Assembly: GCF_048593235.1 (NCBI RefSeq)
Contig: NC_133622.1
Span: 193,285,198 to 193,349,197, forward strand
Source of the DNA: Sminthopsis crassicaudata
Taxonomy: Eukaryota
DNA: 64,000 nucleotides
Direction: 5' to 3'
How positions within the stretch are numbered: the first letter of the stretch is position 1; each line of letters begins with the position of its first letter. Of the stretch, positions 13,801 through 30,639 are shown in pieces. The notes below the pieces were generated by a model, which saw only the letters and a program-made list of their open reading frames with translations, ran no database searches and was not told the DNA's origin. Made by a program: the position numbers and the translations under genes.

Positions 13801-16800
13801 TAGCTGCCCTCCCCACCAACTCTTGATAAGAATGTTAAAGACTTCAAGAAGAAAAGTACTTTGAAGGATTTCAAACAGTGGGATCTACTGAGAAAATGAA
13901 GTCTTAAGGGATTGAGGGAGGAGGGTATCTGTGCTGACAAAGATATGAGATCCAATGTTAGACACAAAGCTGCTCCAAATTGAAGACTACAGACACAGAA
14001 CTTGAAAGAGATGGGTTTATGCAATGTACTCTCTATGTGAGAGGTATCATGATGTTGTGGATAAAGGTAAGAGACTTGGAGAGAGACTAGGTTCAAATCA
14101 GTTTCCCCATCTATAAAATGAAAAAGGAACAGACTATTGTATATGGTCTCAAAAGTCCTTGCCAATTTTAAATCTATAGTTTTAGTTGATAAAGTTTGAT
14201 GAGCATTGTAGGACTCCAAAGTGTTAGAGATAAGTGTTGATGGGTAAGTGTGGGAAAAAGGCTTTAGAGTTTAGATCACTCTAGTGAAAACAGATTAGCC
14301 AAAAAGCATTGAGGAAAGTTACCTGGTATGGAGGATCAAGGAGAAGTTGGCATGAGGATTAATGTGGAATTTAGACCTTAGAGGAATCTAATTCAACTTT
14401 ATAATTGAGACTAACTGAGACAGAGTTAGTAAATTTTAGGGCCAGGATTCCAACTCAAGTCCATTGGAAGGTCCCACTCCCAGCCCAGAACACCGCAACC
14501 CCTTGGACTACATTGGCAGGTCAGCTAAAAGAAGTTTTAGTACTCTTCCCATCAGTCAGCCTACCAGGAGTTCCTTATTATCTTCTGAGTTTCTTTTATG
14601 TTCTTCCTCCCAAACCTTCCCCCTCCCCCTGTACATGTAAGCTAATTATACAAGAAAATATAAAAGGGTTAATGGGATGTAGGTGAGGGAGGGAGAAGAT
14701 GGGCAATGTTATCGACTGATTTTGAATTTGAAAATTTCCCACTTGAGACTCATGATAATCCATTATTATGTAGGTATGATGCTTATTATTATCCCCATTG
14801 TACAGATGGAGAAACTGAGTCTCAGAGAAGCTGGTGACTTGATTCTCGTCATATAGTCAGAGAGCAGGATTCAAACTAGGGTTTCTCTTACTCCTAAATT
14901 TAGTACTTTTTTCTACCATGGAAGAAGGGACCCAATAAAGATTATTATTCTTTTACAAGGCATCTCCAGGGAATGGGTATGAGTTTATACGTGACTCTAT
15001 AACCAAGTGTGTCTACGTGGGCAGAAACATATTAAGTGATCACTGGCACTAATAATGAGGTTAATGAGATATATTGACCACTGAACAAACATTCCCAGGG
15101 CCATCCAGCCCCGTATGCGTTATCCTTTTATTTCCCCTAGTGTCTGTCACATCAGTAATTATATATTATCCTGACAAAGTAGGGAATGCCAGGGAGAAGA
15201 GTTTGGCTAGAGTTTGGAGGGGGAAAAGCAGGTTCACTACAATAACGGGCTTATTTCTTCCCCTGCACCCAAGGCCTTCAGATACTGGGCCCCCTGATGA
15301 GCGCTCCCCATGTCGAGGCACAATTTGTATCTCTGGTAAGGAATCCCCCGTTCACCTTCACTGACCCTTTACCTCAGCCCGTTCTGGCATCCCCTTCTCT
15401 GCTTGCCCCTTCCCCCAGGTTCTGCTCCTGGGGCTAAAGGACGCTGTCCAAGGGGAATGTTTTCTTGGGGTACTTCCTAATTCCCCTGCTATTTCAAGCC
15501 ACCCTGCGTCCCTTCTCCTCTAGATATCCGAATCCCCCTCATGTGGAAGGACACAGAGTATTTCAAGAACAAAGGAGGTGAGTTACAGACGGCGATCTTT
15601 TCCCTGGGGAGTGGGCTGGGTAACGTCCCCAAGGGCCCCTCTGCTCTGTTGATGGAGGTGTCTAGCAAGGTCTGTCAGCCTACCTACCCCCTCTCCCTAT
15701 GTGATTTCTGGCTTCTCCCTTCAGACTTACATCGATGGGCTGTATTCCTGTTGCTGCAGCTAGGGGGGAACATCCAGGACACAGAGATGGTCCTGGTCGA
15801 CAGGACGCTAACAGACATCTCCTTTCAAAGCAGCGTTCTTTTGTGAGTCCTTAAACCGGTCATCCTTCTCTCCTCTCCAGCCCAGACCTGATCCTTGGGA
15901 GGGGTAGCCAGGGTATAACTCTGAGGGAAGGCAAGCTATGGGAGGTAAGCTCCTGACCCTGCAGGTCTCCCCCACAACCCTCCCGGGGAATCCCTCAGCT
16001 TCCTCCAGAGCCCTTTCCCATATTTTGCAGTAGTGAAGCAGGACCAGACTTTGAACTGCGGTTGGAGCTATATGGGGCCTGTGTAGAAGAGGAGGGAGTC
16101 CTAGCGGGGGCTCCCCGGAGACTGGCCACCAAGCTCAGTAATTCTCTGGGCCGATCCTCGGGAAGGCGTGTTCGGGCTTCACTGGATAGTGCTGGGGGTT
16201 CTGGGAGTAGCGGGGCTGCCAGCCCCATCCTACTCCCCACTCCTGCTGTGGGGTAAGCTTAATCTCTGGGCGCTGTGGGGCTCCCTGAGCTAGGGGAGAA
16301 GAAGGGGAGGGACAAAGAACTTTGGCCGGGATGCAGTATGGGGGTCGCCCAAGTGATTCACAGCAAAACCAAAGTAGAGCAAGACTGCAAAAAAGGGACT
16401 CAGGAGTGGGATTTCTAGTGAAAGGAGAGATGGCTCAGTGGTAAGAGCTGTTTCACCATGGGTCAGTGACCTGCTTCCCTTCTGACACTTTGTCCCTCCC
16501 ACAGGGGTCCCCGGTACCACCTCCTGGCCCAGACCACCCTTACTCTGGCTGCGGTACAAGACGGCTTTCGTACCCATGACCTCACCCTCACAAGTAATGG
16601 TGAGTGAAGGTGGGCAGGGGTGGGGGGAATGGGGAGGAATGCCTGAATCAGGATGGAGAGGAAAGGGGCCCAGTTAAAAACCCCCCTCCCCTTCCCCACC
16701 ATCACTCTGTTCTCTCCAGAGGAGAACCCCGCCTGGTTGCCCCTCTATGGAAGCGTGTGTTGTCGCTTGGCGGCTCAGCCCCTGTGCATGACTCAGCCTG

Positions 16801-19800
16801 TCATGAGCGGCCCCCTCAGAGTGCAGGTGAGGGGGCAGAGGGGGAAGAGAGGTTTGGGGGGCAACTGAGAGAGCAGCAGCAGGAAATGTACAGAGAAGAT
16901 GCATTGTGAGGAATAAAGGCTGGAAATGAGATCAAGGCATCAGAATAGGATTTGTGGGGTCAGATATGGGGGAGCCTCCCCCAACAGAATGTTACTGGGG
17001 GGCACCGAGGGAGGTGAGAAGAGAGGAAGGTGGAGGTAGAAAGTGATTTCTGTCTTTGGCTTGTTGGCTACAGAGCTGGGGCCAGGTCCATGGCATCCTG
17101 AAAGGAACCAATCTTTTCTGTTACCGACATCCTGGGGAAGCCAGCACTCAGGAAGATCCATTGTTCACCATTGCAATCAACAAGGTGATGATGGCAGCCC
17201 GGGTATCCCTAAGGCATGGGGGGGGTCAGGGAGGAGAAACCTTCAGAACTGGACCTGGACAGAAGGAGGCTCCCATTCATGGAAGGCTTAAAGATGAAAA
17301 GTGCCTGATGTGGGCCGAGGACCTCAGTGAGCTCAGCTTGCCCCCACACAAAGCAACTTCTTGGGAATGAGCCACCCCAAGATGCTCCCTGCCTAGGTCC
17401 TCTGGTCTCACATCCACCTGAGACTTTGACTGTGTGACTTTTACTGCAGCTTCTTACTAGGATCCTGAGGCTCAGCTTCATCTCGGAAATGACTTCGGGT
17501 CCTATGCCTTTACTTTACAAGTCTCCATTCTCCTTCCTTCTTTTCCCTCTCTCCCTTCTAACTCTTCCTCTCCCTTTTTCTTTCCCCATCTCTTCTTTCC
17601 TTCCTTCCCTCTCTTCTCTCCTTTCTTCCTCCTGCCTCTGTCTCCTCTCCTTCTTCCATTTCTCTTTCTCTTCCCCATCGCTCTCCTTTCTCCCCTACTT
17701 CTTTCCCCCTTCTTTCCTCTATCTCTTCCTTTTTTCTTCCATCTCTCTTCCCTTTTTCTTCTTCCCTCTTTCCCCCCCACTGCTTTCTTCTCTTGCTTTT
17801 TCTTCCCCTCTCTTCTTCCCTTTTCCTTCTTTCCTCCCTTTCCCTTTCTCTTGATTTTTCTTCTCCCTCTTCTACCCTTCTCCCTCTATCCCTTTCTCCT
17901 CCTCTATCTCCCCCTTCTTCTTTCCCCTTTTCCTCATTCATTCCTCATTGCCTTTTCTCCTCTCTCCTTGTATCTCTTACTTTTTCCCTCCTTGTCTTCT
18001 TTTCCTTCTTCCCCCTTCTTTCTTTTCTCTTGACCTTTTCCTCTCTCCTCTCATTCCCCCTCCCTCTTTCTCACTTTCTCCCTTCCCATTTTTTTCTTTC
18101 TTTCCCCTTTCCCTTCCTTTCTCTTGCTCTATTTCTCCTCCCCATTTCTTCACCCTTCTCCTTCCTTCTCTCCCTTTCTTCCTCTCTCTTTTCCTTCCTT
18201 CTGTCTTTCAGCACTCAATCTTTTGTCACTTGGTCCAATCTTCTAGATTTTCTTCCCTTTTTTACAAGGATTCCTCAACTATTTTATTTTAAATCATGGT
18301 ACCTTTTGGCTGTCCGGTGACCCCTTTCTTAAACCCCTTTCTCAGAGAGTATCACTCTGCTATAGTAAAAAAAAAAAAAAAATTAAACATATAGGATAAT
18401 GAAGTAAACAACTGATATGGAAATCGAGTTACATTCCTCCAAACAAGCTCCAAGACCCTGGGTTTTAGAAGGGCCTTAGGATAGTCTCCAGTTGGGTGGC
18501 TGCCCTGTTTTTCCCTGTTTGACTCTCTCCAGCTCTGTCTTTGGTCTTTCATGCTCTGTGAAATCTGAGCCTTGGATTCCTTAACTGTAAAATGTGGTGG
18601 ATGGAAGGGGATTGGATTGGAGACAAGGTCCAAATCTCAGTCCAAATTACCTTATCCTTCCCTTTCTGTCATGCTTCTTGTCAAATATCTCTTTATAACT
18701 TCTGATCCTGTCTGGCCTTGGGTTCAAAACTTCTGGTCGGAGAGAGGTACTAGTAACTGATTATGTCACCACTTGGCCTGGCACTCCATGGGGGAGGATT
18801 CCCCAAAAAAAGGGAATTGGGGAGACCAGGAGGTGAATCTGGGACATGGGCTAGACCTCAACTTTTACCCTTTCTCCAGGAGACTCGGGTCCGGGCTGGA
18901 GAGCGGGACCAGAGCCTGGGGGGATCCCTCACTCTCAGTATCAGTAACCGATATGGGGGAGATGAAGTGACCCACACATTGCACATGGAAAGCCGGGGAG
19001 CCCTACAGCGCTGGATGGAGGCATTGTGGCAGCTCTTCTTTGACATGAGTAAATGGGTATAGGGTGCTTCTGGGCTGGGGTGAGGACTAGGGCCTTTGGT
19101 GCTCCTGGAGGGCTCCATAGATGGGGTTCATAGTCTACAGCCCTCCCATATGGAAGCTTTTATGGGTTGGGAAAAAGTGGGGGAGGCTGCAGGGCTGCCT
19201 AGTTAGCTCCTAAGACTGGAGGACAGGATTGTCTGACCAGTTGATTTTTTTTCTCCTGAGGCAACGGGAGTTAAGTGACTTGCCCAGGGTCCCACAGCTA
19301 GGAAGTGTTAAGTGTCTGAGACCACTGACCAGTTGACTTTGAAGGGTTTGTTGGAGAAGGAAGCCAGAGTGAGGCCAGCTGACCCACCACGGCCTGCACC
19401 CAATTTCTCCCCTTCTGCAGGCCAGTGGAAACAATGCTGTGATGAACTCATGAAGATAGAAGTGCCTCCTCCACGCAAACCGCCCCCTGCGCTGGCCAGG
19501 CAAGGCTCGCTCTACCACGAGATGGGTAAGGGGGACTCCACTTATGGAAACCAGAGGGAGGTGGGTGTTCCCAAGACCCAGACTCCCAATGGAGGTGGGA
19601 GATCAAAAAGGGTCCCAGGCTTGGGCACATCATCTTCGAGCAGAAGTGATATCCAGTCCGCTTTCCTTCCTCTCTGGCTATTCTCTCCTCACTCATTCAC
19701 CTTCAGTTCTATCCTATTCTCGAGACCCACTGTTTGTTCCCTATGACCCTTAGATCATTTAATCCCCCACCTCTGACCATCAGACCCACTCACTCCACCT

Positions 19801-20855
19801 CTCTTCTCAGATATACTCACCTTTGACCCTCTCAGACCAACTCACATTCCCAGCCTCTCTCTTCTCAGACCCATTCACCCCTCTCAGCTTCACTTATCCT
19901 CTCCTCTGACCCTCAGACCCACTCACCTCTGACCCTCTTCTCAGACCACTCCCCTCCCCCCTACCTCTAACCCTCAGACCCATTCATCCCTCCACCTCTG
20001 ACCCTCTTCTCAGACCATTTCCCTTCCCACTTACCCCTGACCTCCTTCTCAGACCCCATCCGGTGCCCTTTCCCAGGCCCCTGCTGTCTCCTCACCAGGC
20101 CGGTTCTCAGACCTCTCCCTCTCTCTGGTCTTGGCTCCCCCCTAAAATGGTTTCTTTCTGTAGAGCTCTCCAGGGCTTGCCCCCCCTAATGTCTCCTTTT
20201 CAGTCTCTTCCTCATGCTGTCTGGCCTCCGGGCCACTTTCCTTTTCCTGGTTTCTCCTCTCCCTCCCCCTTCCCTCAGCCTTGGTCCCAGGGGGCCCAGG
20301 CGAGGGGCTACTGCTCCAGGATAACGCTGTATCAGCCGAGATCCGGGCCCTGCTCTCCTCCTATTACAGCGACAGGTGACAGCTGGCCTGCTGGCTGGGA
20401 GGGGCTGGGGGGGTTGGGGTGGTACAGAGCAAGTGTGAGGCTGAAGCTCTGATGTGTACTCCACCCCCGAATCCCCTCCTGGTGCTGCAGCTATTGAACC
20501 CCTCGATGACATCGCCACAGTGACGGACATCCTGGCGAAGCGGGAGGGCCCTCCCCTGGATGTTCCCCCACCCTGGCTGGCATTATTTACAGAGAAGCTG
20601 CCCTCCTCCAAGCTCCCAGCCCGGGCCCCCAGAAGCCCCTCTCCGCCCCGTTCCTGCCCCGGCACCCGAGCCACTCCCTGGGGCCGGCCTCGCACCCTCT
20701 CCCTGGACGCTGCTCCCCGAGGCCGCCCTCCTCTTCCTCCCCGCTCCAGCTCCAGTTCCAGCTCAGGCTCTGGAAGCCCTGCACCCCGACAGCGGTCCCC
20801 TCCAGCCTGGGGGTTCAGGGCAAAAGCCCGGCCCTGGCTCCAGTCACCTGTGTGA
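4469..20855 (+). CDS. RTKN: Rhotekin (HR1 Rho-binding, anillin-like and PH domains, C-terminal PDZ ligand QSPV)
   Basis: Exons 4469-4579, 13053-13252, 15274-15335, 15524-15577, 15725-15842, 16031-16252, 16505-16599, 16720-16826, 17074-17184, 18880-19048, 19421-19525, 20491-20855. All GT-AG and in phase. Peptides MFSRNHRSRVTVARGSALEMEFKRGRFRLSLF, DTELQRKLDHEIRMREGACKLLAACSQREQALEATKSLL and terminal WLQSPV. Confidence 0.97.
5378..5550. mobile_element. Non-autonomous hAT/MER-like DNA transposon remnant
   Basis: Begins with TIR-like ctgtggttcttaaac and shares the core tttaaatgcataaaataaaat with a second copy at about 22680-22850, which ends ggttaagaactcctg. Confidence 0.4.
6979..7050 (+). CDS. 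RTKN: RTKN alternative first coding exon (MQDRLHILEDLNMLYIRQMALSLE)
   Basis: 72 nt from ATG to a phase-0 donor GAG|gtaata, which splices in frame to the exon at 13053. Matches the known alternative rhotekin N-terminus as I recall it. Confidence 0.92.
7905..8055 (-). mobile_element. L1 3' end fragment
   Basis: T-rich tail followed by the reverse complement of a marsupial L1 3' UTR (gggtaattttccagcattgacaattgcaaaacc) that recurs in the window. Confidence 0.75.
9318..9341 (+). CDS. RTKN: Putative third RTKN first exon (MDGAGEGR)
   Basis: ATG in strong Kozak context (agaATGG) at the end of a CpG island (about 8900-9560). 24 nt to the donor CGA|gtaagt, phase 0, compatible with the exon at 13053. 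Confidence 0.55.
9855..10140 (+). mobile_element. L1 3' end fragment with A-rich tail
   Basis: G-rich 3' UTR and atgcatatgtactgtcaaaaaatgttataattataaaatt, the same terminus as the L1 at 62438-63993. Confidence 0.8.
10425..10568 (-). mobile_element. WSINE1-like CORE-SINE
   Basis: Reverse complement of ggggcagctaggtggctcagtggatagagcaccagccctgaattcagg..., with a poly-T tail. Confidence 0.85.
11345..11381. repeat. (TA)n-type microsatellite
   Basis: tatgtatatacatatatatatgtatatatatatatata. Confidence 0.85.
11540..11950 (-). mobile_element. L1 3' end fragment
   Basis: Poly-T tail followed by the reverse-complemented L1 3' UTR. Confidence 0.8.
12413..12810 (-). mobile_element. Older L1 3' end fragment
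   Basis: Same terminus type as the copies at 42700 and 54215 (cccttgcaaaaccttgtgttccaaattt...). Confidence 0.75.
13668..13809 (-). mobile_element. WSINE1-like SINE
   Basis: Reverse complement of the same SINE, ending tagctgccc, with a poly-T tail. Confidence 0.85.
17500..18290. repeat. ~800 bp TC-rich low-complexity tract in an RTKN intron
   Basis: Almost pure C/T on the + strand. It explains the F/L/S/P-rich and E/R/K/G-rich spurious ORFs here. Confidence 0.95.
19745..20060. repeat. Degenerate minisatellite in the last RTKN intron
   Basis: Roughly ten variant copies of CCTCTGACCC(TCTT)CTCAGACCCACTCA. Confidence 0.8.
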
Positions 20856-21223
20856 GGGCTTGTAGGAGGGGGTGCTACTGGAAACAGGGTAATGGAAACT
20901 GGAAGAGGAATGGCCTTCTGAGGTCACTCAAAGGAGTGTTGTTAGGGGATGGTCAGTGGTGCCACTGAGGAGGGCCTGGGGATGGCCAGCTTCATGCCTG
21001 GCTCTGCTGGGGCCTGGGTGAGAGGGCAAACCTCCTGTGAGATCACCAGAGGAGGCCTTGTCCATGGCCAGCTGGCGGACCCCAGCTACTTCCTGAGAGA
21101 AAACTGGAACCCCCAGCCCAGATGCACTACCCCACCTCGGGCAAAAGTGATCGAGGCTCTGGAAGGAGGGAGCTGTGACGCCAAGAGGGCACCTGCCCCC
21201 CTCGCTCCCCCCCCCATGCAGTC

Positions 21224-21229
21224 ATTAAA
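21224..21229 (+). terminator. Candidate RTKN poly(A) signal ATTAAA
   Basis: First canonical-type hexamer I found downstream of the stop at 20855. Confidence 0.55.
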
Positions 21230-21234
21230 GTCTA

Positions 21235-21240
21235 TTTAAT
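21235..21240 (-). terminator. Candidate WDR54 poly(A) signal ATTAAA
   Basis: TTTAAT on the + strand, about 260 nt downstream of the WDR54 stop at 21500. Confidence 0.5.
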
Positions 21241-24049
21241 GCCATGGAGTTGAGCCTGAGTGTCTTAGAGGTGAGGGGGGGAAGGGGGAGGGCTCCGGGA
21301 AAAGTCCTGTAGTCACCACAGCTTTAAAAAAACCAGCCAGACAGAGGTCGGGGGTCATATCCTACCTTTATATACAACTGTGGGGGTTACTGCTTTGCAA
21401 GTGACAGATGGAGGGGAAATCCCCCACTTCTAATGGGGGCCAGGACCTGGGGGAAGCCCAAGTCAGAGCTGATGTCAGTCCTGTCTGCTCCTCCTCCTCT
21501 CACACACAGCTGTATCTGAGGATCTCTGCCAGGTCATAGCCCGTCACAGCAAAGGAGGAGCCCCTGAGGTCGCAGAAGCGGGCTCCACACACCTGAGTGT
21601 CAGTCACACATTCTGCATGGCAGTGTTCCACCTGGGGGGGCCGGGGAGGGAGGTTAGAGGCGCCCCCGGTGCCAGGATCCCTCCCCCTTGAGACGCTGCC
21701 CTGCCTCGATACAGACCTCAATGCAGCCGCTGTCAGGATTTCTGCTTAGCTTCCAGATATGCACAAAGGAGTCTTCAGCCCCAGAGAGCAGCTGTGGGAG
21801 AGGGGAAACAGGGCTAAAGGGCCCACAGGGAAGGCCCTGCTCTGTGCACAGGGTGATGTCCAGGCAGATGCCTGAGACCTAGAAGGTGGTCACCGACCAC
21901 ACAGGGCCTGGGCCCACTCACCTTGCCCGCCTCGGGTGCCAAGTCAAGGGCGCAGATACCACGGGCATGGGCGTTGATCTGGACATGCAGGGCCCCGGAG
22001 CTGGCTTCGTAGATGCGGATCTGCCCGTCCCCATAACCAGCAGCTACACTGCCCTGCCACAACTGGACTGAGGGGCAGGGAATCCTGGGAGAAGAGAAGA
22101 ACTGGGCTGGCCTCCCATCTAACATTGAGCCACCCTGACCCAGCTCCCCTTCTTAAGCCTCCCATACCCAAATCCTGAGATTCGGGTCAGCAGCTTAAAT
22201 TCTGGCCCTGACTTCCAGACACACAGAAGGCCTGAGTCGTCAGCTGTCACCACATCAGCTACACAGTCCTGAGGGAGGAAAGATAGTAGGTCACCTCACA
22301 TCCAACTCCCCTGCAGCCACTGACCACTGACAGAATGGCTCTGGAGGTGGGAAGAGGGATGCACAGCAGGACTGACAGCTTTCTGGACTCATCCCTTTCC
22401 CAGCCAGACTTACAGCAGCAATACCACCCTTCAGAGCCAGAATTTCCCTGGAATTTCTTAACACCCCTGGAAGATGGTACCATGGTTTCCCTTGGAAAGT
22501 AACACCGAGGCCCAGAGAGAGAAAATGGCCTAAGAGGCCTTTTTGGATGAGGACGTGGGTTTCTTAAGTTGTAGGCAATCAATTTAGAAGCCTTTACTGA
22601 ACTTCCTCCCACTCCCAATTTGCGGCAGGCGGCAGGTATGTGGGGATGCAGCAAATCTAAGCCACAAATCTGGTTGTCTCAATATCAGGGACTCTTGGTG
22701 TTTATTATGACCCCCTGGCTTCCTTCTCAGAATAAGTTTTTTTAAATGCATAAAATAAAATACAGAAGATTAGCAATGGCACCAATCATCTTGACATATG
22801 GTGATCAAGATTTTTTTTTTAATTTCCAAACTCTAGGTTAAGAACTCCTGGTCCATCCTGGAGGCAGAGCATCCTATGACAACATAGTTAGGTATTATGT
22901 TGCAGAACATTGACTCTAAGTGAAAAATAGCCATTTCTAGGAAAGATTATATAAACTGCATTATTGGTAAATGGAAGGACTGGATGAGAGGGACACAAAT
23001 GAGGCCATCACTCTTCGACAGGAAGGTTTTGGACAGTGGGAGAAAAGACTATAGCATTAACAGTGCTGGTAGAAGGCTTAAAGGAGCTCGACCCCTTCAC
23101 TCAAAGGACGAAGAGGCAGTTGAGACTTGGCTTTGTCCCACGTTCCGCTGCTATAAACCAGCCAGGAGCAGAAGGCGGCTCTGTGGAGGCCTTCTCCGCC
23201 AGGCTCTTTCCACAGAGGGGAAACGTGGTCTAGCACATTTAGAGTTGGAAGGCCCGGATTCATAAGCCGGCTTAGACATTCACTGAGTGACTCTGAGGCT
23301 GCACACGTCCTCCCAGGGTCATCCCAGCTCTAACCGTGACCCGGGATCTTCCCACCCCACAGACGGGGCCCTTACCTGACCCTGAGCAGGCTCTGCCGCA
23401 ATGTCCGTGATTGACGCCTGGTGCACATCCAGCTCCTCACTCAGCACAATGTTGGGCCCTTTAACTGGGACATCGAACACCAGGACCCGGCCAGACCACG
23501 TTCCTGTGGCCAGGGCCACGGTGAACCTCCCCTTCCTCTCCAGGCAGCCTTCTACTTAGCCCCGCTGCTAACCAAGCCTTCGGAGCCCCTCCCACCAAGG
23601 TCTCACAAACACGGCCTCTGCATCCCCCCCTCCCACCTGGCCCATGGCATCCCTTCCCCACTGCCTCCTCACCCACACAGATGTAGTGGCCACTGGCGGC
23701 GATTCCTCGGGCAAACAGGGCCTGCACTGAGAGAGGAGGGTCACTGACTGCTCCTCACGGGTCCAGTCTATGCCCCTCTCTCTTCCCTCCCGGCACAGCC
23801 CACTCCCTGCCCTGCGGTACCTGGGGAGGCGTCAGTGGAGTCCAGGGCGTGCCAGTACACCATGACTGAGCCATCTGACTCATACATCTGCGGTGGGAGA
23901 GTGACAGAGGTCAACAGGTAAGCCGTGGGGGAAGGGAAGCCCCCCTAGGAGATGCCAGCCTGGCCGTCCCCAGGTACGAGGAAGGAACACAGTGCCCTTT
24001 TCCTGGTTCACCTGTATGCCTCTCTGTGAAGTCAAAACCAGCAGCACCC

Positions 24050-28210
<4,161 letters not shown>

Positions 28211-28295
28211 ATGAAGGCTGTGAGTTCTTCAGTGGCATTCTGATCCCATCTGACACCACACTGAAACCCCAATCCTACTATGCCAACCTCCCTGC

Positions 28296-28301
28296 AATAA
28301 A
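28296..28301 (+). terminator. C2orf81 poly(A) signal AATAAA
   Basis: Lies about 85 nt after the stop codon. Confidence 0.75.
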
Positions 28302-30639
28302 TACTTGTAGGGCCCTAGATGTTAGGCTGGTGTATCCCTCACCACTCTCTCGATAATCCTCCCCCCAAAAGGGCATTGATCCCTCATGTCCAAAGGCTCT
28401 TCAACACAGTTTCCCCCACCTTTAGGTGTCCTCCATTCAAATGAAAGAGACATTCCTTCCCTGCCAGGGAGTCTGTGAATGGAGGCTGGTACATGGGGCC
28501 TCTTCTCTCAGGGACAGAGAATATTCCAACTTGAGATATGGAGAGCATATATTAGAAGTCCTGTGTCCAAATGTGAATTCCAGCAGGTAATTGTCAGAAA
28601 TAAGGGATTCTTTCAAAATCATTCTATCACAAATGTGCCAATCCTGTGGGCTATGAAACGACAGGCATCCATACTCATAGGAAACACTCAGACTGAGTCA
28701 AAGGTATTCCTAATATTGGGAAACCATATTCTGCTAAGGAAACAACTTAGTTGGAAAATGACTTCTCAGAGGCCATGCAGGCAAATCTATTAAAGCAAGA
28801 GTGATCTTAACATTCCTATTAACTTTTATGTGAAGACCTCTAGGGAAGGGAAGGACTCATTCCACTTTGTGTTCTGAGTAATAGAATTTTTTCCTTAACA
28901 TCCTTAAAACCAAAATCTGATCCATTGAAGTCAAGAACAAATATTTGCTCTTCTATACTAGAAGAATTCAGACACTTGAAAAACAAGTTTTATTTCCAAC
29001 TATTTTTATACAACACGGACTCTGCCATTCTGGGTGATTTAGATCTGGATATGTTCTAGTTTAATGTGTTTTCTAAAATGTGGCCCTCAGAACTGGACTA
29101 TAGACTGGCCTGACCAGGCCAAGTGAGTTCTTATTGTGTATTCTAGGTACCAGGCCTCTCCGGGTAGCTTAGGGTTCCATTAGCTTCTCTAGCAGTCATG
29201 TCATGCTGTTGACTCATCTCAAGCTTTGGTCAGCTAAAATGAATAGATCTTATGTCTCTCCTATTCTGTACTCAGTTCTTTAAAAAAATTTTATTTGCCA
29301 ATCTACCATCCCCATGTTGAATCCTTGTTCAAACGATAAAACAGTTAAAGCAAGCTTAGCCACAACTGTGTGTGTCAATACATAAAATATTTTTCTCCTG
29401 AAGTCTTTTCCCCTTTTTACAAAGAGGAAATCTTCAAGACCAAGACTGGTAATCATCGGAGTTTATTTAAATTTAGATTTAAGAATTTGTCTCATGATTC
29501 AGTCTACAATTCAAGCTGTGGAGATTCTTTTTGGATGCAGATTTGGACATCAAGCTGGCTATCTTCCCAACTTTGTGTTACCTGTGGAGTTGAACAATAT
29601 AGTGCCTTGTATATAATAGATGCACTGTCAAATATTTGTCAAATTATAATCTTAAGATTATACATATGTTTAATGTATATGTAATATACAACATGAAGCC
29701 ACACACACTACTTGGAGCATTTCACTAGAGGCCTCCCACCAAGCTGACTCAATTTATCAGACAACTTTACCTGAATTCAAAATTGAAACAGTTACAATCC
29801 CAAGAATTTTTACCTCAAATGGCATGTTTCATTAGTTGTAGTTTAGGAGTAGATACAATTTTACTCATGGAGTTGCAATAAACAAGTTTACCAGGACACC
29901 TACACAGATTAGCATTTTTCTAAAATTTAAACTCATACCAGTGTAAAGATCATTAGAAATAAGAGTATAAAGTTCTCAAATTCTCAATAACCCAATTTCA
30001 TTGTTTAGGAATTTCATAGCCCATGATAAGTTCTCTTTGCAGGACTCATTTTGTCCAAACAGATGGTTTCAGGAACCCAACAAATTTACAAAAGGTGAAT
30101 TTTTTTCTCTACCTTTTCTCAACCTATTTGAACCTTTTCCCATAATTTTTCCAGTTGTGAGGGATGTAGAAGACCCTTACCCAAAATGACTACTCAAAGA
30201 TCACTCAGTAGAAAGCAGAAAGGTTGTTAAAACCTCCAGAGGATGAGCCGACCCATCATGAGATAAGAGAAAGCTCATGGTAGGAGGGCTAAAGAAGTAA
30301 AGATACACAGCTTTTATACAAGCGATTACATCACAAGAGCATTGAAAAAGGGAGGGGGAGAAATCTAATTGGTTGTTGCTATCTGGAGAGATTGGAATGG
30401 AAGATTTCTGCAAAATCACCCAATTCTAGGAAAATCAGGCCTTTAGGCTTAAATCAAGCAGATAGTGATCAAGCTCATAGACTATCAATAAATGTCAAAT
30501 ACTGATAAACGTCATCAGCTCAGGTTAAGTAAATGTTTATAGATGACCAGAGCCCAAGTAAATATGGGCCTGCACATGTTATACAGGTCATAGGAAAACA
30601 CAAATATTGAAAATACAGAAAAAGAATTCATACATTCCT

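Noticed and set aside
16988-17013. cag|...|gtgag micro-exon candidate in RTKN
   Set aside because: At 26 nt it would shift the frame between two phase-0 exons.
17489-18320. Six overlapping ORFs of 60-175 aa
   Set aside because: Artefacts of the stop-poor TC/GA low-complexity tract.
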